A stretch of 64,000 nucleotides of DNA from Candidatus Latescibacterota bacterium. Lineage in GTDB: Bacteria; Latescibacterota; UBA2968; UBA8231. The notes beneath the pieces were generated by a model that worked only from the letters and a program-made list of their open reading frames with translations, did not search any database and was not told the DNA's origin. The translations under genes were made by a program, and so were the position numbers. This document shows positions 27,661-37,986 of the stretch, piece by piece. The stretch lies in NCBI GenBank assembly GCA_965204725.1, contig OZ242005.1:1632001-1696000 (forward strand), given 5' to 3'. Every line of letters begins with the position of its first letter. Positions within the stretch are counted from its first letter, which is position 1.

Positions 27661-29100
27661 GTGCCAATGGCTCAACTAAAGTCAATCCGCCTGCGCTTAG
27701 ACAAGCCTTTGACCGGGCCGTACGATCGGCTTTTGCGCCGCCCCGGCCCCGAAGTCGCCGCGTTGGTCGCCGGCCAAACCTTGGCGATTATTCGCGGTAC
27801 GCGGCTTTTGCAAGCCATGCCGCTATGGGAAAGCGCGGTCGCGTGTTATCGCCCCCGAGGGCAGTGGAGCAGCGAGTGGGTGCCGGAAGAGTTTAGCAAC
27901 CCCGAGCAAGCCGCGGGCTGGGCCGAGAAGGAGCGGGTGGATTCGCTGGCCGTGCCGGCGGGCTACTTCAAGCTGCCCAATGCCGCTTGGGTCAGCGCGC
28001 TGGCCGCCGAACTGACGCCGTGGACAGCCCAAGCGGTCGAAGCATGGCGGGGGGGGATCAAGGGGGGGGCCATCTGGCTGACGGTGCTGAAGGTGTACCG
28101 CTGTGCGCCCGTCCAACCGAAATTCTTGCAGCAAACCGACTCGTACCTGCGCGTTAGGCCCTTGGAGGTGAGGCCGTTGCAGCCCGTCGTTTTAGAAAGC
28201 GAGTTTGAGCAGCGCATGGAGCAGATACAAGAGGCCGTAGAGCGGCATGCGCGCGGCCGCACCCGGGCGAGCGCCCGCTACGACGCCCAGACATTCACCG
28301 CGGAGACTGGCTACAGCGCCGACCAGCTCACCGACTGGGTTGCCCAATGGCGGCGCAAGCAGCAACTCATCCTATACGGCCCGCCCGGCACGGGCAAAAC
28401 GTACTTGGCCGAGCGGTTGGCGCGCTATCTGGTGGATGGCGGCGGTTTTAGCCAACTCGTGCAATTCCACGCCTCGTACGCGTATGAGGATTTTGTCCAA
28501 GGGATTCGGCCGCAGGCAGTAGAGGGCGCATTGCACTACGAATTGGCCGCCGGGCACTTTCTGCGGTTTTGCACCAAGGCGCGCCAAGCCGGCGAAAAGC
28601 CCTGCGTGCTGATCATCGACGAAGTCAATCGCGCAAACCTCGCGCGCGTTTTCGGCGAGCTAATGTACCTCTTGGAATATCGCCATCGCCCGATCGCGTT
28701 GGCCGGTGGCGGCTCTGAGTTTTCGATTCCCGCCAACGTCTATCTCATCGGCACCATGAACACGGCCGACCGGTCGATTGCCTTGGTTGACCAAGCCCTG
28801 CGGCGGCGATTCAGTTTTATCCGCTTGCGGCCCAACTATTCGTTGTTGGCCAAGTATCTAGAGGACAAAGGCGTTTCCCCACAGCCGCTGGTCGCGCTCT
28901 TAAAAGAAGTAAATCAAGCCATTGGGGATGAGGACTGCGCGTTGGGCCTTTCTTTTTTTATGGTCGATGATATTGCCACGGCACTGGCATATATTTGGCA
29001 AGGCGAGGTCGAGCCGTATCTGGAGGAGGTGTTTTTCGATCGCCCGGACCAGATGGCGCGCTTTCGCTGGTCCAAGGTCGCCGGGCGTTTGCAGGGGTAA
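27661..29100 (+). CDS. mcrB: McrB-family AAA+ GTPase with DUF1802-like N-terminal domain
   Basis: GPPGTGKT, QFHASYAYEDFVQG, IIDEVNRAN, GTMNTADRS, ALRRRF. Confidence 0.9.
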   Translation: MPMAQLKSIRLRLDKPLTGPYDRLLRRPGPEVAALVAGQTLAIIRGTRLLQAMPLWESAVACYRPRGQWSSEWVPEEFSNPEQAAGWAEKERVDSLAVPAGYFKLPNAAWVSALAAELTPWTAQAVEAWRGGIKGGAIWLTVLKVYRCAPVQPKFLQQTDSYLRVRPLEVRPLQPVVLESEFEQRMEQIQEAVERHARGRTRASARYDAQTFTAETGYSADQLTDWVAQWRRKQQLILYGPPGTGKTYLAERLARYLVDGGGFSQLVQFHASYAYEDFVQGIRPQAVEGALHYELAAGHFLRFCTKARQAGEKPCVLIIDEVNRANLARVFGELMYLLEYRHRPIALAGGGSEFSIPANVYLIGTMNTADRSIALVDQALRRRFSFIRLRPNYSLLAKYLEDKGVSPQPLVALLKEVNQAIGDEDCALGLSFFMVDDIATALAYIWQGEVEPYLEEVFFDRPDQMARFRWSKVAGRLQG

Positions 29101-29108
29101 GGGTAGGG

Positions 29109-30269
29109 GTGCGACGCTACGAGCTGATCGAAGAGGAAGTCGCGGCGATTCCAGCGGCCGAGCTGGCGGTCGAACAGGCCCTCCACCTGCACGCCCAATA
29201 TCCAAAAGAACTGGAATTCGGCTTCCCCAGTCCGCTCAATGGCCAGTGTTATCAACTCCGGTCGCGGGGCTATGTCGGCGTGGTGCCCTTGGGCGCGGAT
29301 GCGGCCTTGGAAATCAATCCCAAAATACGCTGCTCGCTGCTCATGCCCATGCTGGAGTATGCCTATCAGTTGCCCAAGATCAGCGCCCACAAGGCCCCGG
29401 CCACTATGGGGGATATCTACGAGTTTTGGGCCGAGGTCCTCGCGCGCAAGGTCTTGCAACGGGTGCGGCGCGGGCTGTTTTGGGATTACCAAACCCGCGA
29501 AGGGTTGAGCCGGTGGGTGCGGGGGCGCGTGTACCCCGAGCGGAGTGGGCTGGGGGTACATCCCTACTGTCGGTTTGCCGAGCACACGCCTGATATTCTC
29601 GACAACCGCATCTTGGCCAGTGCCCTGCACGGCCTGAGACGCTTTGCCTTTCGCCGCGAAAGCATTCGACAGATGGTAGGCCGAGCTTGGGGGGCACTGA
29701 GCGAGCTCAATTACCGCTCCATTCGCCCGGCCGATTGCCTCGGCGTACCGTACCACCGGCTAAACGAGGACTACCGTTCCATGCATGCGCTGTGCTATCC
29801 CTTGCTCCAACAGCGGAGTCCGGCTTGGGGACTAGGGGCCGAGGAAGGGCCGGCGTATCTGCTGCACATGCCGAGCTTGTTCGAGCGGTTTTGCACGGCG
29901 TTTATCGACCACAAGCTCAAGCACCAGATCGAACTAAAAGCCCAGTATCACACGCGACTCAAGGGAACAAAGCGGCTTTCCTTTCGCTTGGACATGGCTC
30001 TGTTTTCAGCGGCCACCGGGCAGCCGCTGGCGGTCATTGATGCCAAGTACAAGGCCGATGGTCCAATAGAAAGCGATGTGCAGCAGGTGGTTGCCTACGC
30101 GGTGCAACTCGGTACGCACCGGGCCTTTTTGCTCTATCCGAGCAGCGATATGGACGAGCAATTCGAGGTCGGCCCGGTGGCCGTGCAGATGCTGGGGTTC
30201 AATTTTGCAGCGGACGATCTAGAGGAGGCGGGCCGGGCCGTGATCTGCAAGGTAGAAGATGTCCTATAA
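29109..30269 (+). CDS. mcrC: McrC-family PD-(D/E)xK nuclease subunit
   Basis: GYVG..EINPK, LFERF, RLD...IDAKYK...DVQQVVAY; GTG at 29109. Confidence 0.88.
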   Translation: MRRYELIEEEVAAIPAAELAVEQALHLHAQYPKELEFGFPSPLNGQCYQLRSRGYVGVVPLGADAALEINPKIRCSLLMPMLEYAYQLPKISAHKAPATMGDIYEFWAEVLARKVLQRVRRGLFWDYQTREGLSRWVRGRVYPERSGLGVHPYCRFAEHTPDILDNRILASALHGLRRFAFRRESIRQMVGRAWGALSELNYRSIRPADCLGVPYHRLNEDYRSMHALCYPLLQQRSPAWGLGAEEGPAYLLHMPSLFERFCTAFIDHKLKHQIELKAQYHTRLKGTKRLSFRLDMALFSAATGQPLAVIDAKYKADGPIESDVQQVVAYAVQLGTHRAFLLYPSSDMDEQFEVGPVAVQMLGFNFAADDLEEAGRAVICKVEDVL

Positions 30270-30296
30270 AGATAGTTATGTAAATAGGAAAAGCAA

Positions 30297-30349
30297 AAGC
30301 GTCTAAACGACATCGGCTGGATTCCCGCGTTCGTGGGAATGACGGATCT
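30297..30349. repeat. Family B element, internal fragment
   Basis: gcgtctaaacgacatcggctggattcccgcgttcgtgggaatgacggatc matches the reverse complement of 23601-23654. Confidence 0.75.
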
Positions 30350-30350
30350 T

Positions 30351-31604
30351 CTAAGACTCCACCAAAAACAAACTCAACCCATCCCAGTAGGTAATCACGA
30401 CCAAGCAAGCCAACAAAATGAGCAGAAAAGGCAGGGAAACGCGGTAGAGCCGATGGACGGGCTGTTCAAAGCGGATGCTGGCAATGAAGAGGTTGAGGCC
30501 AACCGGCGGCGTTGAGTAGCCGATTTCCAAGTTGGTTAAAAAAATGATCCCGAGGTGAATGGGGTGAACATCGTATGCGGCGGCGATGGGCAAAATTAGG
30601 GGCACGACGATGAGGAGGGCCGAGAACATGTCGATCATACAGCCAACCGCTAGCAAGAATACATTGAGGAGAATCAAGAAGAGCAGGCGGCTGCTGATGT
30701 GCGTCTCGATATAGGCGAGTAAGCGCGTTGGAATTTCCGCATCGACGAGGTAATTGGTATAGGCCATGGCCGCGGCCAAGACGACGAAAATGCCGCCGAC
30801 GAGCACCATGCTGTCGCAGATGATTTTTGGCAACTGTCGGATGGCTATCTCGCGGCGGATTAGCACCGCCACCACCAAAGCGTACAGGGTGCTCAAGGCC
30901 GCGGCCTCGCTGACGGCGATGATCCCCCCGTAGATCCCCCCGAAAATCACCACCGGCAAAAGAAGCTCCCAACTACAAGCGACAAAGGCCGGCGGCACTT
31001 GACGCCACCCGGTGGGGTGCTCGGGTGCGGCACAACGCCGACCTTGGAACAAGCTGTAGCAAGACAGGGCGCCGACCAAGAGCAAGCCGGGGGCGATGCC
31101 GGCGATAAAAAGCTGATCGACGGGCGTTTCGGATACGATGCCGTAGATGATCAGCGGCAAGCTCGGCGGAAAGAGCAAGCCCAAGCTGCCCGAGGTGGTG
31201 ATCAGCCCGAGCGAAAACGAATCGGGCAGGCGCTGTTGTCGCAGAGCGGGCAACAGCAATCCACCGAGCGCGACAATCGTCATGCCCGAAGCGCCGGTCA
31301 AAGCCGTGAAGAGGGCGCAGACGACAATGGCCATGATGGCCAGCCCCCCGGGCAGCCAGCCGAGCAAGGCTTGAGAGAAGCGCACGAGCCGGGCTGGTGC
31401 CCCGCTTTCGGCGAGGAGGAACCCCGTGAGGGCGAAAAGCGGGATAGCCGTTAAGGTGGGCGTTTCGGCTATCCGGTACATCTCGATGAAAACGACGGTT
31501 AAATCGACTTCGGCGAGGGAAAAGTGCAAAAGGGCCATCGCGCTGATGACCACAAAGAGCGGGACCCCGGCGAGGGCGGCGAGGGCGGCGAGGAGGCTGC
31601 TCAC
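30351..31604 (-). CDS. dctM: TRAP transporter large permease
   Basis: AIPLF, GLLFPPS, TPPVGLNLF; GTGA overlap with dctQ. Confidence 0.92.
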   Translation of the reverse strand: MSSLLAALAALAGVPLFVVISAMALLHFSLAEVDLTVVFIEMYRIAETPTLTAIPLFALTGFLLAESGAPARLVRFSQALLGWLPGGLAIMAIVVCALFTALTGASGMTIVALGGLLLPALRQQRLPDSFSLGLITTSGSLGLLFPPSLPLIIYGIVSETPVDQLFIAGIAPGLLLVGALSCYSLFQGRRCAAPEHPTGWRQVPPAFVACSWELLLPVVIFGGIYGGIIAVSEAAALSTLYALVVAVLIRREIAIRQLPKIICDSMVLVGGIFVVLAAAMAYTNYLVDAEIPTRLLAYIETHISSRLLFLILLNVFLLAVGCMIDMFSALLIVVPLILPIAAAYDVHPIHLGIIFLTNLEIGYSTPPVGLNLFIASIRFEQPVHRLYRVSLPFLLILLACLVVITYWDGLSLFLVES

Positions 31605-32077
31605 GGGTACTCGGTAGGGGCGCGGATGCGTCGCCCGCCCTGCAAGAGGAAGCGCACCCCCATCAGGCCAAAGGCGAGGGGAAAGCACAGTTGGGCCGTC
31701 CAAGCGGGAACGGCAAAGAAAGCCGTGGCGCCGAAGGCGCGCTCGTCGAGCACAAAGCCCCCGGCGATATAGGCTAGATAGGCGCAAAGCGCGGCGGCAA
31801 AAAGGTCCGCGCCACTCAAGACGATAGCTCGCACCCGGGCGGGCAGCAGGCGCAAGGCCGCGTCAATGCGGATGTGTTTGTCGAGCCGGGTGGCGACCAG
31901 AGCACCGGCTAGCCCAATCCACAACACGAGGTGCCGCACGAGGCTTTCGGTGCCCAAGAAGGTGATGGAGAACAGGTTGCGCATGAGAATCTGCCCGCAG
32001 GTCAGCACCAGCAAGCCGGTTACCAACAGGACGAGGAAGCCGGTCTCGAGCCGGTGGAGGAAGTGCGGGCCGCTCAA
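31601..32077 (-). CDS. dctQ: TRAP transporter small permease
   Basis: 4 TM helices, HIRID motif. Confidence 0.9.
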   Translation of the reverse strand: MSGPHFLHRLETGFLVLLVTGLLVLTCGQILMRNLFSITFLGTESLVRHLVLWIGLAGALVATRLDKHIRIDAALRLLPARVRAIVLSGADLFAAALCAYLAYIAGGFVLDERAFGATAFFAVPAWTAQLCFPLAFGLMGVRFLLQGGRRIRAPTEYP

Positions 32078-33081
32078 CGGGACGTCCGGCGGAAGTCTTG
32101 GAGGTGGCGCGCGATTTGTTCATGGGCCTCTTGGGAAAAGGCGCGCCCCACGAGCTCGGTTTCAGCGCGAGCGACGAGGTCCTTGAAGGCCGCTACGTCT
32201 GTGGGGTGAACCTCGACCAACGACAGGCCGTTGGCCTGCAATACGGCCAGAGCCTCGTCGTTTTCGCGGCGGTTGCGCTGTCCCAAGGCGACCATCTGCT
32301 GCTGGGCGATGCGGTGGATATGTGCGCGATCGGCGGCGGGAATTTTGTCGAAAGCTCGCTTGTCGATCAAGAGCGCGCCTAAGGTGTAGTTGATGGGGAG
32401 TTGGGTGACGTATTTTGCATGGGTAAACCATTGAAGGACGATGCTCACCGACGGCGAGGCGTACACTACATCGATTAGGTTGGTCTGCAACCCGAGGAGG
32501 ACGTCCGGGATGTTCAGGGGAACCGAGGTGACGCCGGCTAAGCGGAAAAGCACGGAGGTAAGCGGCTCGTCGGGCAGTTGCCATACTTTTTGGGTGCGCA
32601 TGTCCTCGACGGTGGCTACGGGTTGCTGCGAGAGAATGTGGACGAAGCCGATGTCGGTCCAACCGAGAAAGACATAGCCGCGTTCTTCGTACCCCCGCCG
32701 GTAAAAGGCGTCCATTTGCGCGAGGACGTAATCGACCTCGGCGTAGCTGTCGAAGAGGAAGGGCATTTCCAGCGCGAGGACATCGGGCGAGGTTTGGCTG
32801 ATGCCTTGGCCGCCAAAGCTCCCGCCGTGGAGCTGGCCGATGCGCATCTTACGCAAGACGACTTTCTCGTCGCCGTGGACGCCGCCGGGATAGATTTTGA
32901 ATCCCACGTTGCCGGCCGTCTCCCGCCGCACCTCGGCGTCTATGGTGCGGAGTACCTTGGCCCAACTGCTGCCTTCGGGGGCGAGCGTAGCAATTTTGAG
33001 GAGGTGATTGGGTTGGGGTTGAGCGGCGACCGCGTTGGCGACGAGCGCGGCAACCGCAAAAAGCCCCTTAAAAGAAGTCAT
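32074..33081 (-). CDS. dctP: TRAP substrate-binding protein (TatP/DctP)
   Basis: KIATLAPEGSSW, YPGGVHGDE, RKMRIGQL. Confidence 0.92.
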   Translation of the reverse strand: MTSFKGLFAVAALVANAVAAQPQPNHLLKIATLAPEGSSWAKVLRTIDAEVRRETAGNVGFKIYPGGVHGDEKVVLRKMRIGQLHGGSFGGQGISQTSPDVLALEMPFLFDSYAEVDYVLAQMDAFYRRGYEERGYVFLGWTDIGFVHILSQQPVATVEDMRTQKVWQLPDEPLTSVLFRLAGVTSVPLNIPDVLLGLQTNLIDVVYASPSVSIVLQWFTHAKYVTQLPINYTLGALLIDKRAFDKIPAADRAHIHRIAQQQMVALGQRNRRENDEALAVLQANGLSLVEVHPTDVAAFKDLVARAETELVGRAFSQEAHEQIARHLQDFRRTSR

Positions 33082-33967
33082 CGGCTTGGTCTAGCAGGGT
33101 CTGCGCCTGTCTTTGGGCGGCGATGTTTTGCAAGGTAAGCTCCGGTACGGCGTCCGCCGACTGGGTGAGGGCTTGGTTGAGCAGGGATTCGTATAACCCC
33201 CGATCAAAAGTGATCCGAGCGTAGAATTTGGCCTTGGCTACGTACACCATGAGTGCCTGTCCTTTGCTGATGGCGATGGCTCGATCGAAGTGCGCGGCCG
33301 CCTTTTCCGGGTCGCCGCCCAACATCGGCGGCAGGGCTGCGTAATAGGAGCCCAAGAAGACATGGGGACTCCCGTATTGAAAGGTCTCGTCTTGGGCGAC
33401 GATCCACTGCATAAGTTTAATCACTTTGGGCAATTCGGCCAGTGCCGCTATGGACTCAGTGTTGGCGCTGATCCAAGCTCCCCAACTTGCAGCCGCCCAA
33501 AACACGACCGGCAGATCGGCGGCCGCTAAATCGTCTGTGACGCGGACAAATTCAGCATAAGGAGCTCGGAGCAAATCGGGCTGACTAAGGCGCAGCGCAA
33601 GGGCTTTGAGGCCGTTTACCTTGCCCCGGTGGTACAGGTGCTTGGCCCGTTGGGGATCGCTGACTTCGACCAAGGTGGCGTAGGAAGTATAGATCTCACA
33701 GGTGCTCAAGAGCAGTTTCGGGTCTTGGGGATTGGCGACCAGCAGCCCCTCTAGCAAGAGCAGGAAGGTCGGTACGCCCGAGGCGACCAAATCCAAGTCG
33801 TCGTGGCGGGCGGTGGCCGCACTGACGTCCTCTATCAGCGACCCCACCAATGCAGACCGCAAAGCGGCGCACCCCAGCGGGCCAAAGGCGAGGGTCGCTA
33901 GCAAGATCGTCGTCAAAACGCGTTGAGCGATCCTGCGGGGCAAGCGGAGGCTAAGGCTAGGACGCAT
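33068..33967 (-). CDS. TatT component of a TPAT/TRAP-T transporter (lipoprotein)
   Basis: PLGC lipobox; helical; PPMLGGDPEKAxxHFxRA. Confidence 0.85.
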   Translation of the reverse strand: MRPSLSLRLPRRIAQRVLTTILLATLAFGPLGCAALRSALVGSLIEDVSAATARHDDLDLVASGVPTFLLLLEGLLVANPQDPKLLLSTCEIYTSYATLVEVSDPQRAKHLYHRGKVNGLKALALRLSQPDLLRAPYAEFVRVTDDLAAADLPVVFWAAASWGAWISANTESIAALAELPKVIKLMQWIVAQDETFQYGSPHVFLGSYYAALPPMLGGDPEKAAAHFDRAIAISKGQALMVYVAKAKFYARITFDRGLYESLLNQALTQSADAVPELTLQNIAAQRQAQTLLDQADDFF

Positions 33968-35021
33968 TGCCCGCCTCCTCCGCCTCGATTGTGCCGCGCA
34001 GGCACTGCCAAGGGTCGCCCTCTTCAGCGCAGGCCGCAAAAATATCCAAGGCACTGGCCAAGTCCTCGTCGCGGGCGCGATAGACCGCGGCAAAGAGGGC
34101 TAGATTGGCATTGTAGCGGCGATAAGACAGCAGCCGTGCATTGTTGAGTTCCCACTGGAGGAACCCATCGTACCAGTTGTGGGTAAACTGCGCCTTAATG
34201 AGGGCGAAATCGCGCTGACGCTGGGCAAAAACGACCTGCCGGTCGCGCAGTACAACGCTGCGGGGCAAGCCGAGTGCGTAGAGGCTGTCGAGTGCCGCAA
34301 CGGTCTCGGCCATGAAGCCCCGAAACAAGGCGGCGTCCGCTCGACGCGCTTTGGCCTGTGGCAAGAGCGGGGTATTGGGGCCGAAGTGCTGCGCTAGGAA
34401 GAGCAAGGCTCCTTGGCGGCCGACGAAGGTCGCCAAGCTCTCGTTGAAATCGGTCTGACTGGGGGCATAGACTCGGGCGTGAGTCAGCTCGTGGAGGATC
34501 AAATCGGCGAGCTGGTCGGGCGCGTAGCCGATCATTGAGCTGAGAATTGGATCGGAGAAAACGCCCAAGGTGCTGTAGGCACTGACGGGGCGGACCATGG
34601 CGTCGTACCCCTCGGCCGCGAGGGCATCGCGCTCCTCGGCGGCCAAATCGCGGCGAAAGAAACCTTTGTAGGGGACTTCGCCGACGAACGGAAAATCCCA
34701 AGTGTAGGGCGAGAAGCGGTCGGGCGGACAAGCACTGACGTTCCAACTGATCGGGCCGCCCCCCGTATCGTAGAAGGTCGTGTACTGATCGTCTGTTTGC
34801 AGCCCCACGCTTTCGGCATAGCGAAGAATGGCTTGGATCAGGACTAGTTGGGTCCGGGTTTGTTCGGCTAAGTCGGGTCGGGCGAGGAGGGCTTGGACTG
34901 GTGTGCGCTTGTACAGGACGCGGCTTTGGCCGCGGGCGAGGTGCCAATAGTAATTGAGGTTGCAGCCATAGCTGCCCAAGAGGCTAAGCCCGATGAGAAC
35001 TCGATATAGACAAGTCATCAA
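33957..35021 (-). CDS. Putative zinc aminopeptidase (DUF2265-like) lipoprotein
   Basis: SYGC; VPYKGFF, AYSTLG, HELTH...FNESLATFV. Confidence 0.85.
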   Translation of the reverse strand: MMTCLYRVLIGLSLLGSYGCNLNYYWHLARGQSRVLYKRTPVQALLARPDLAEQTRTQLVLIQAILRYAESVGLQTDDQYTTFYDTGGGPISWNVSACPPDRFSPYTWDFPFVGEVPYKGFFRRDLAAEERDALAAEGYDAMVRPVSAYSTLGVFSDPILSSMIGYAPDQLADLILHELTHARVYAPSQTDFNESLATFVGRQGALLFLAQHFGPNTPLLPQAKARRADAALFRGFMAETVAALDSLYALGLPRSVVLRDRQVVFAQRQRDFALIKAQFTHNWYDGFLQWELNNARLLSYRRYNANLALFAAVYRARDEDLASALDIFAACAEEGDPWQCLRGTIEAEEAGNAS

Positions 35022-35053
35022 GTCGGCTCGCGGCTAGCAGCCCCGTGCGGCGC

Positions 35054-35536
35054 TCAAGAGCGGACGATCTTTTCTCCATCGAAGATCACATTGCCTTCTC
35101 GGTCGAGGACGCGGCCGTCGCTGGTAAACTCGTACTTCATGGATTGACCCAAGGTCAGGTGACGCTGTACTTCCTTTAAGTCTTGGTATTTCTCGATGAG
35201 CTTTTCAATCGGCCCCTCAAACGAAGTCTGCTGCCGCTTAGGCCGGCCCTTGTTGTGGGCTTCCCGCTCCTCAGTCGTCATAATGGGCAGGCGCTCGGCC
35301 GCGGGGGTGAACCGCCCCGCCATGGCCTGCTGGCGGCGATATTTTTCGTGGCGCTTTTCCGATTCGGTCAGCATCTCTTCGGGAATGGTCTCGAAGCTGG
35401 TATCTTGGTCGCCCCCTTGTTCCCGGCGCTTTTGCTGCTCTTCTTGGACCTCGCGGGCAAGGCGCTGTTGGCGCTCGTGGTCCAAGCTGGTGTCGGTGCC
35501 TAATCTCCTCAGTACATGCCGTGCGGCCTTGTTCAT
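35054..35536 (-). CDS. Hypothetical hydrophilic protein
   Basis: 160-aa ATG ORF, co-oriented with downstream genes, no recognised motif. Confidence 0.6.
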   Translation of the reverse strand: MNKAARHVLRRLGTDTSLDHERQQRLAREVQEEQQKRREQGGDQDTSFETIPEEMLTESEKRHEKYRRQQAMAGRFTPAAERLPIMTTEEREAHNKGRPKRQQTSFEGPIEKLIEKYQDLKEVQRHLTLGQSMKYEFTSDGRVLDREGNVIFDGEKIVRS

Positions 35537-35737
35537 AGCGAATGCGCTACCCCCTGAAAATTGCGTGTAGTGCGTGTAGTGTGTCCAAAATTGGCTAGCG
35601 ATAGAAAATATAAAGGGGGCGAATGATTTGGCAAATCCAAATCCCCTTAGTTATTATAGATAGAGATTTAGGCAGCAGCAGATGCTCTCGATAAGGCTAA
35701 AGAGTCGAGATTTAACTTTTTGGTATGGAGATATAGG

Positions 35738-36757
35738 ATGAGTTTTTTATCGCGTCTCTTTTCTCATGAAATAGGCATAGATTTGGGCACCGCCAATACC
35801 TTGGTATTTGTCAAAGGCAAGGGCATTGTCCTCAACGAGCCCTCGGTGGTCGCCCGCCAAGTCTCCACCCAAAAAGTCATTGCTGTCGGCGAAGAAGCCA
35901 AAGAGATGATGGGGCGTGAAAACGCCGGCATCCAAATAACTCGCCCTCTGAAGGATGGCGTCATCGCCGATTTTGAAGTTACCGAAGAGATGATTCGCAG
36001 TTTTATCCGCAAAATAAGAAAGAACAAACTGTTCGTGCGGCCCAAGATCGTGGTAGCGGTCCCGGCGGGTAGCACAGAAGTGGAAAAGCGGGCCGTGCGA
36101 AACTCCTGCGAGCGCGTGGGCGCCAGAGAAGTCCATCTAGTCAGCGAGCCGATGGCTGCGGCCATTGGCATGGGATTGCCCGTCGATCAAGCGGTCGGCT
36201 CCATGGTCATTGATATTGGGGGCGGGACGACAGAGGTCGCCGTAATCGCTCTTTCAGGTCTCGTCGAACACGAATCGCTGCGGGTGGCTGGGGCCGCTAT
36301 GGATCAGGCCATTATCGAGTGGATGCGGAGAAAGCACAACCTACTTATTGGCGTCCAAGGGGCCGAGGCCATCAAGTGGCAAATCGGTTCGGCGACGGAA
36401 CTAGAAACAGAAGAAACGATTCCGGTGCGCGGGCGCGATACCATAGCTGGGCTACCCAAAGTCTTGCAGGTGGATTCGGTTGAGATCCGAGAAGCCCTAT
36501 CCGGTTCCGTGACCCAAATCGTCGCCAGCGTCCGCAGAGTGCTGGAGAGGATGCCGCCCGAATTGGCGGCGGATATCCTCGATAGGGGCATGGTGCTGTG
36601 CGGTGGGGGGAGCCTGCTACGGGGATTGAAGGAACACCTGCTAAAGGCGACAAATTTGCCGACTTATATTGCTAGCGAAGACCCGCTCTCAGCCGTGGTG
36701 CGGGGCAATGCCCGCATTCTCGAAGAGTTTGATCACTACCGCCAAGTTTTGATCTAA
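35738..36757 (+). CDS. mreB: Rod shape-determining protein MreB
   Basis: IDLGTANT, NEPSVVA, DIGGGTTEVA. Confidence 0.97.
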   Translation: MSFLSRLFSHEIGIDLGTANTLVFVKGKGIVLNEPSVVARQVSTQKVIAVGEEAKEMMGRENAGIQITRPLKDGVIADFEVTEEMIRSFIRKIRKNKLFVRPKIVVAVPAGSTEVEKRAVRNSCERVGAREVHLVSEPMAAAIGMGLPVDQAVGSMVIDIGGGTTEVAVIALSGLVEHESLRVAGAAMDQAIIEWMRRKHNLLIGVQGAEAIKWQIGSATELETEETIPVRGRDTIAGLPKVLQVDSVEIREALSGSVTQIVASVRRVLERMPPELAADILDRGMVLCGGGSLLRGLKEHLLKATNLPTYIASEDPLSAVVRGNARILEEFDHYRQVLI

Positions 36758-36762
36758 TTGAC

Positions 36763-37536
36763 ATGGCCAATACTCGGGACCTGCTCGTCATAGGACTAGC
36801 CATTGGCTGCGCCTTGCTCTTGATGAGCTTGCCTGCATCCTATAAAACCTATATCGCCGAGCGCTGCCAAGTCGGTTTATTGGTCTCCGGTCAAGCCCTG
36901 TTTTCGCAAGTTATCCGCTATGCCCACCACGAAGAAAAGAGCCGTTTTCTCCTGACCGAGAACGCAGCCCTAGCCCTCGACAACATGCAGATGCAGGAGG
37001 CTGCATGGGAAAATATGCGCCTGCGCAAGGCCCTGTCTTTTCGCCCTATAGATGAAAGTACGAGCGTTATTTCTGCCGAGGTCATCGGCCGCGACCCCGA
37101 CCACATTTACGACACGATTGTCATCAACGCTGGCCGCGATCTCGGCGTAGATAAGGATATGCCCGTGGTGACGCCCGAAGGGCTCGTCGGGCACATTACC
37201 CAAGTCGGGGCATCGGACTCGGTCGTGCAGTTGTTAATGCGGACGAGGGTTAGTGCCTTGATCCAAGCGACTCGTGCCCAAGGCATTGTCTCGTGGATCG
37301 ACGGCCAGTTCCGGTTGCGATTCGTCGAAGCGAGTAACTTGGTGCAGGAGGGCGACTTGGTCGTGTCGTCGGGGTTGGGCGGGCGCTACCCCAAGGGCAT
37401 CCCGATTGGCACGGTGGCGGAGGTGAAGCAGGCGGAACGAACCCCGGTCTTTTTGCTGGTCGTCCTCGAATCCGTCGTGGATTTTTCCACACTTGAAGAG
37501 GTTTTCGTCCTTGGCAAAGGGGCCAGCCCGAGTTGA
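36763..37536 (+). CDS. mreC: Rod shape-determining protein MreC
   Basis: ENMRLRKAL, GLVG, SSGLGGRYPKGIPIG. Confidence 0.93.
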   Translation: MANTRDLLVIGLAIGCALLLMSLPASYKTYIAERCQVGLLVSGQALFSQVIRYAHHEEKSRFLLTENAALALDNMQMQEAAWENMRLRKALSFRPIDESTSVISAEVIGRDPDHIYDTIVINAGRDLGVDKDMPVVTPEGLVGHITQVGASDSVVQLLMRTRVSALIQATRAQGIVSWIDGQFRLRFVEASNLVQEGDLVVSSGLGGRYPKGIPIGTVAEVKQAERTPVFLLVVLESVVDFSTLEEVFVLGKGASPS

Positions 37537-37644
37537 GCGGGCACTGCTTGGCTTGACAGAGTATGAGCTGTTCCATATTCTATAAAACTCTTTGTTGGTG
37601 TGCTAGTTACATAATTTCAACCGACCCGAATAGAGAGTGCAGCC

Positions 37645-37986
37645 TTGACGAAAGCTGATATTGTGCGTCTAATCGCCGAGGGGACCGGGCTTACTAAGAC
37701 GGATACCGCGGCTGTCGTCAATGGCCTTATTGAATCCGTAGTTGAGGCTTTACAACGGGAAGATCACATTGAGATTCGCGGTTTTGGCACCTTCAAAGTC
37801 GTCGAGCGGGCGCCGCGCATAGGTCGCAATCCATGCACCGGGGCCGAAGTGAAAATCGCCGGTCGCAAGGCCCCGACATTTAAGCCCTCAAAAGAATTGC
37901 GGGCGCGCGTCAATGGGAAAAACATAGAGGACAAAGGTCCAGGAGAGAAAAAAGATGCCCTGTGGCAGGAAGAGAAAGCGGCATAA
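37645..37986 (+). CDS. HU/IHF family DNA-binding protein
   Basis: MTKADIV, IRGFGTF, GRNP. Confidence 0.93.
   Translation: MTKADIVRLIAEGTGLTKTDTAAVVNGLIESVVEALQREDHIEIRGFGTFKVVERAPRIGRNPCTGAEVKIAGRKAPTFKPSKELRARVNGKNIEDKGPGEKKDALWQEEKAA

Noticed and set aside
35738-37536. mreBC without mreD/mrdA as an anomaly
   Set aside because: Split mre operons are common; the other genes may lie elsewhere in the genome.
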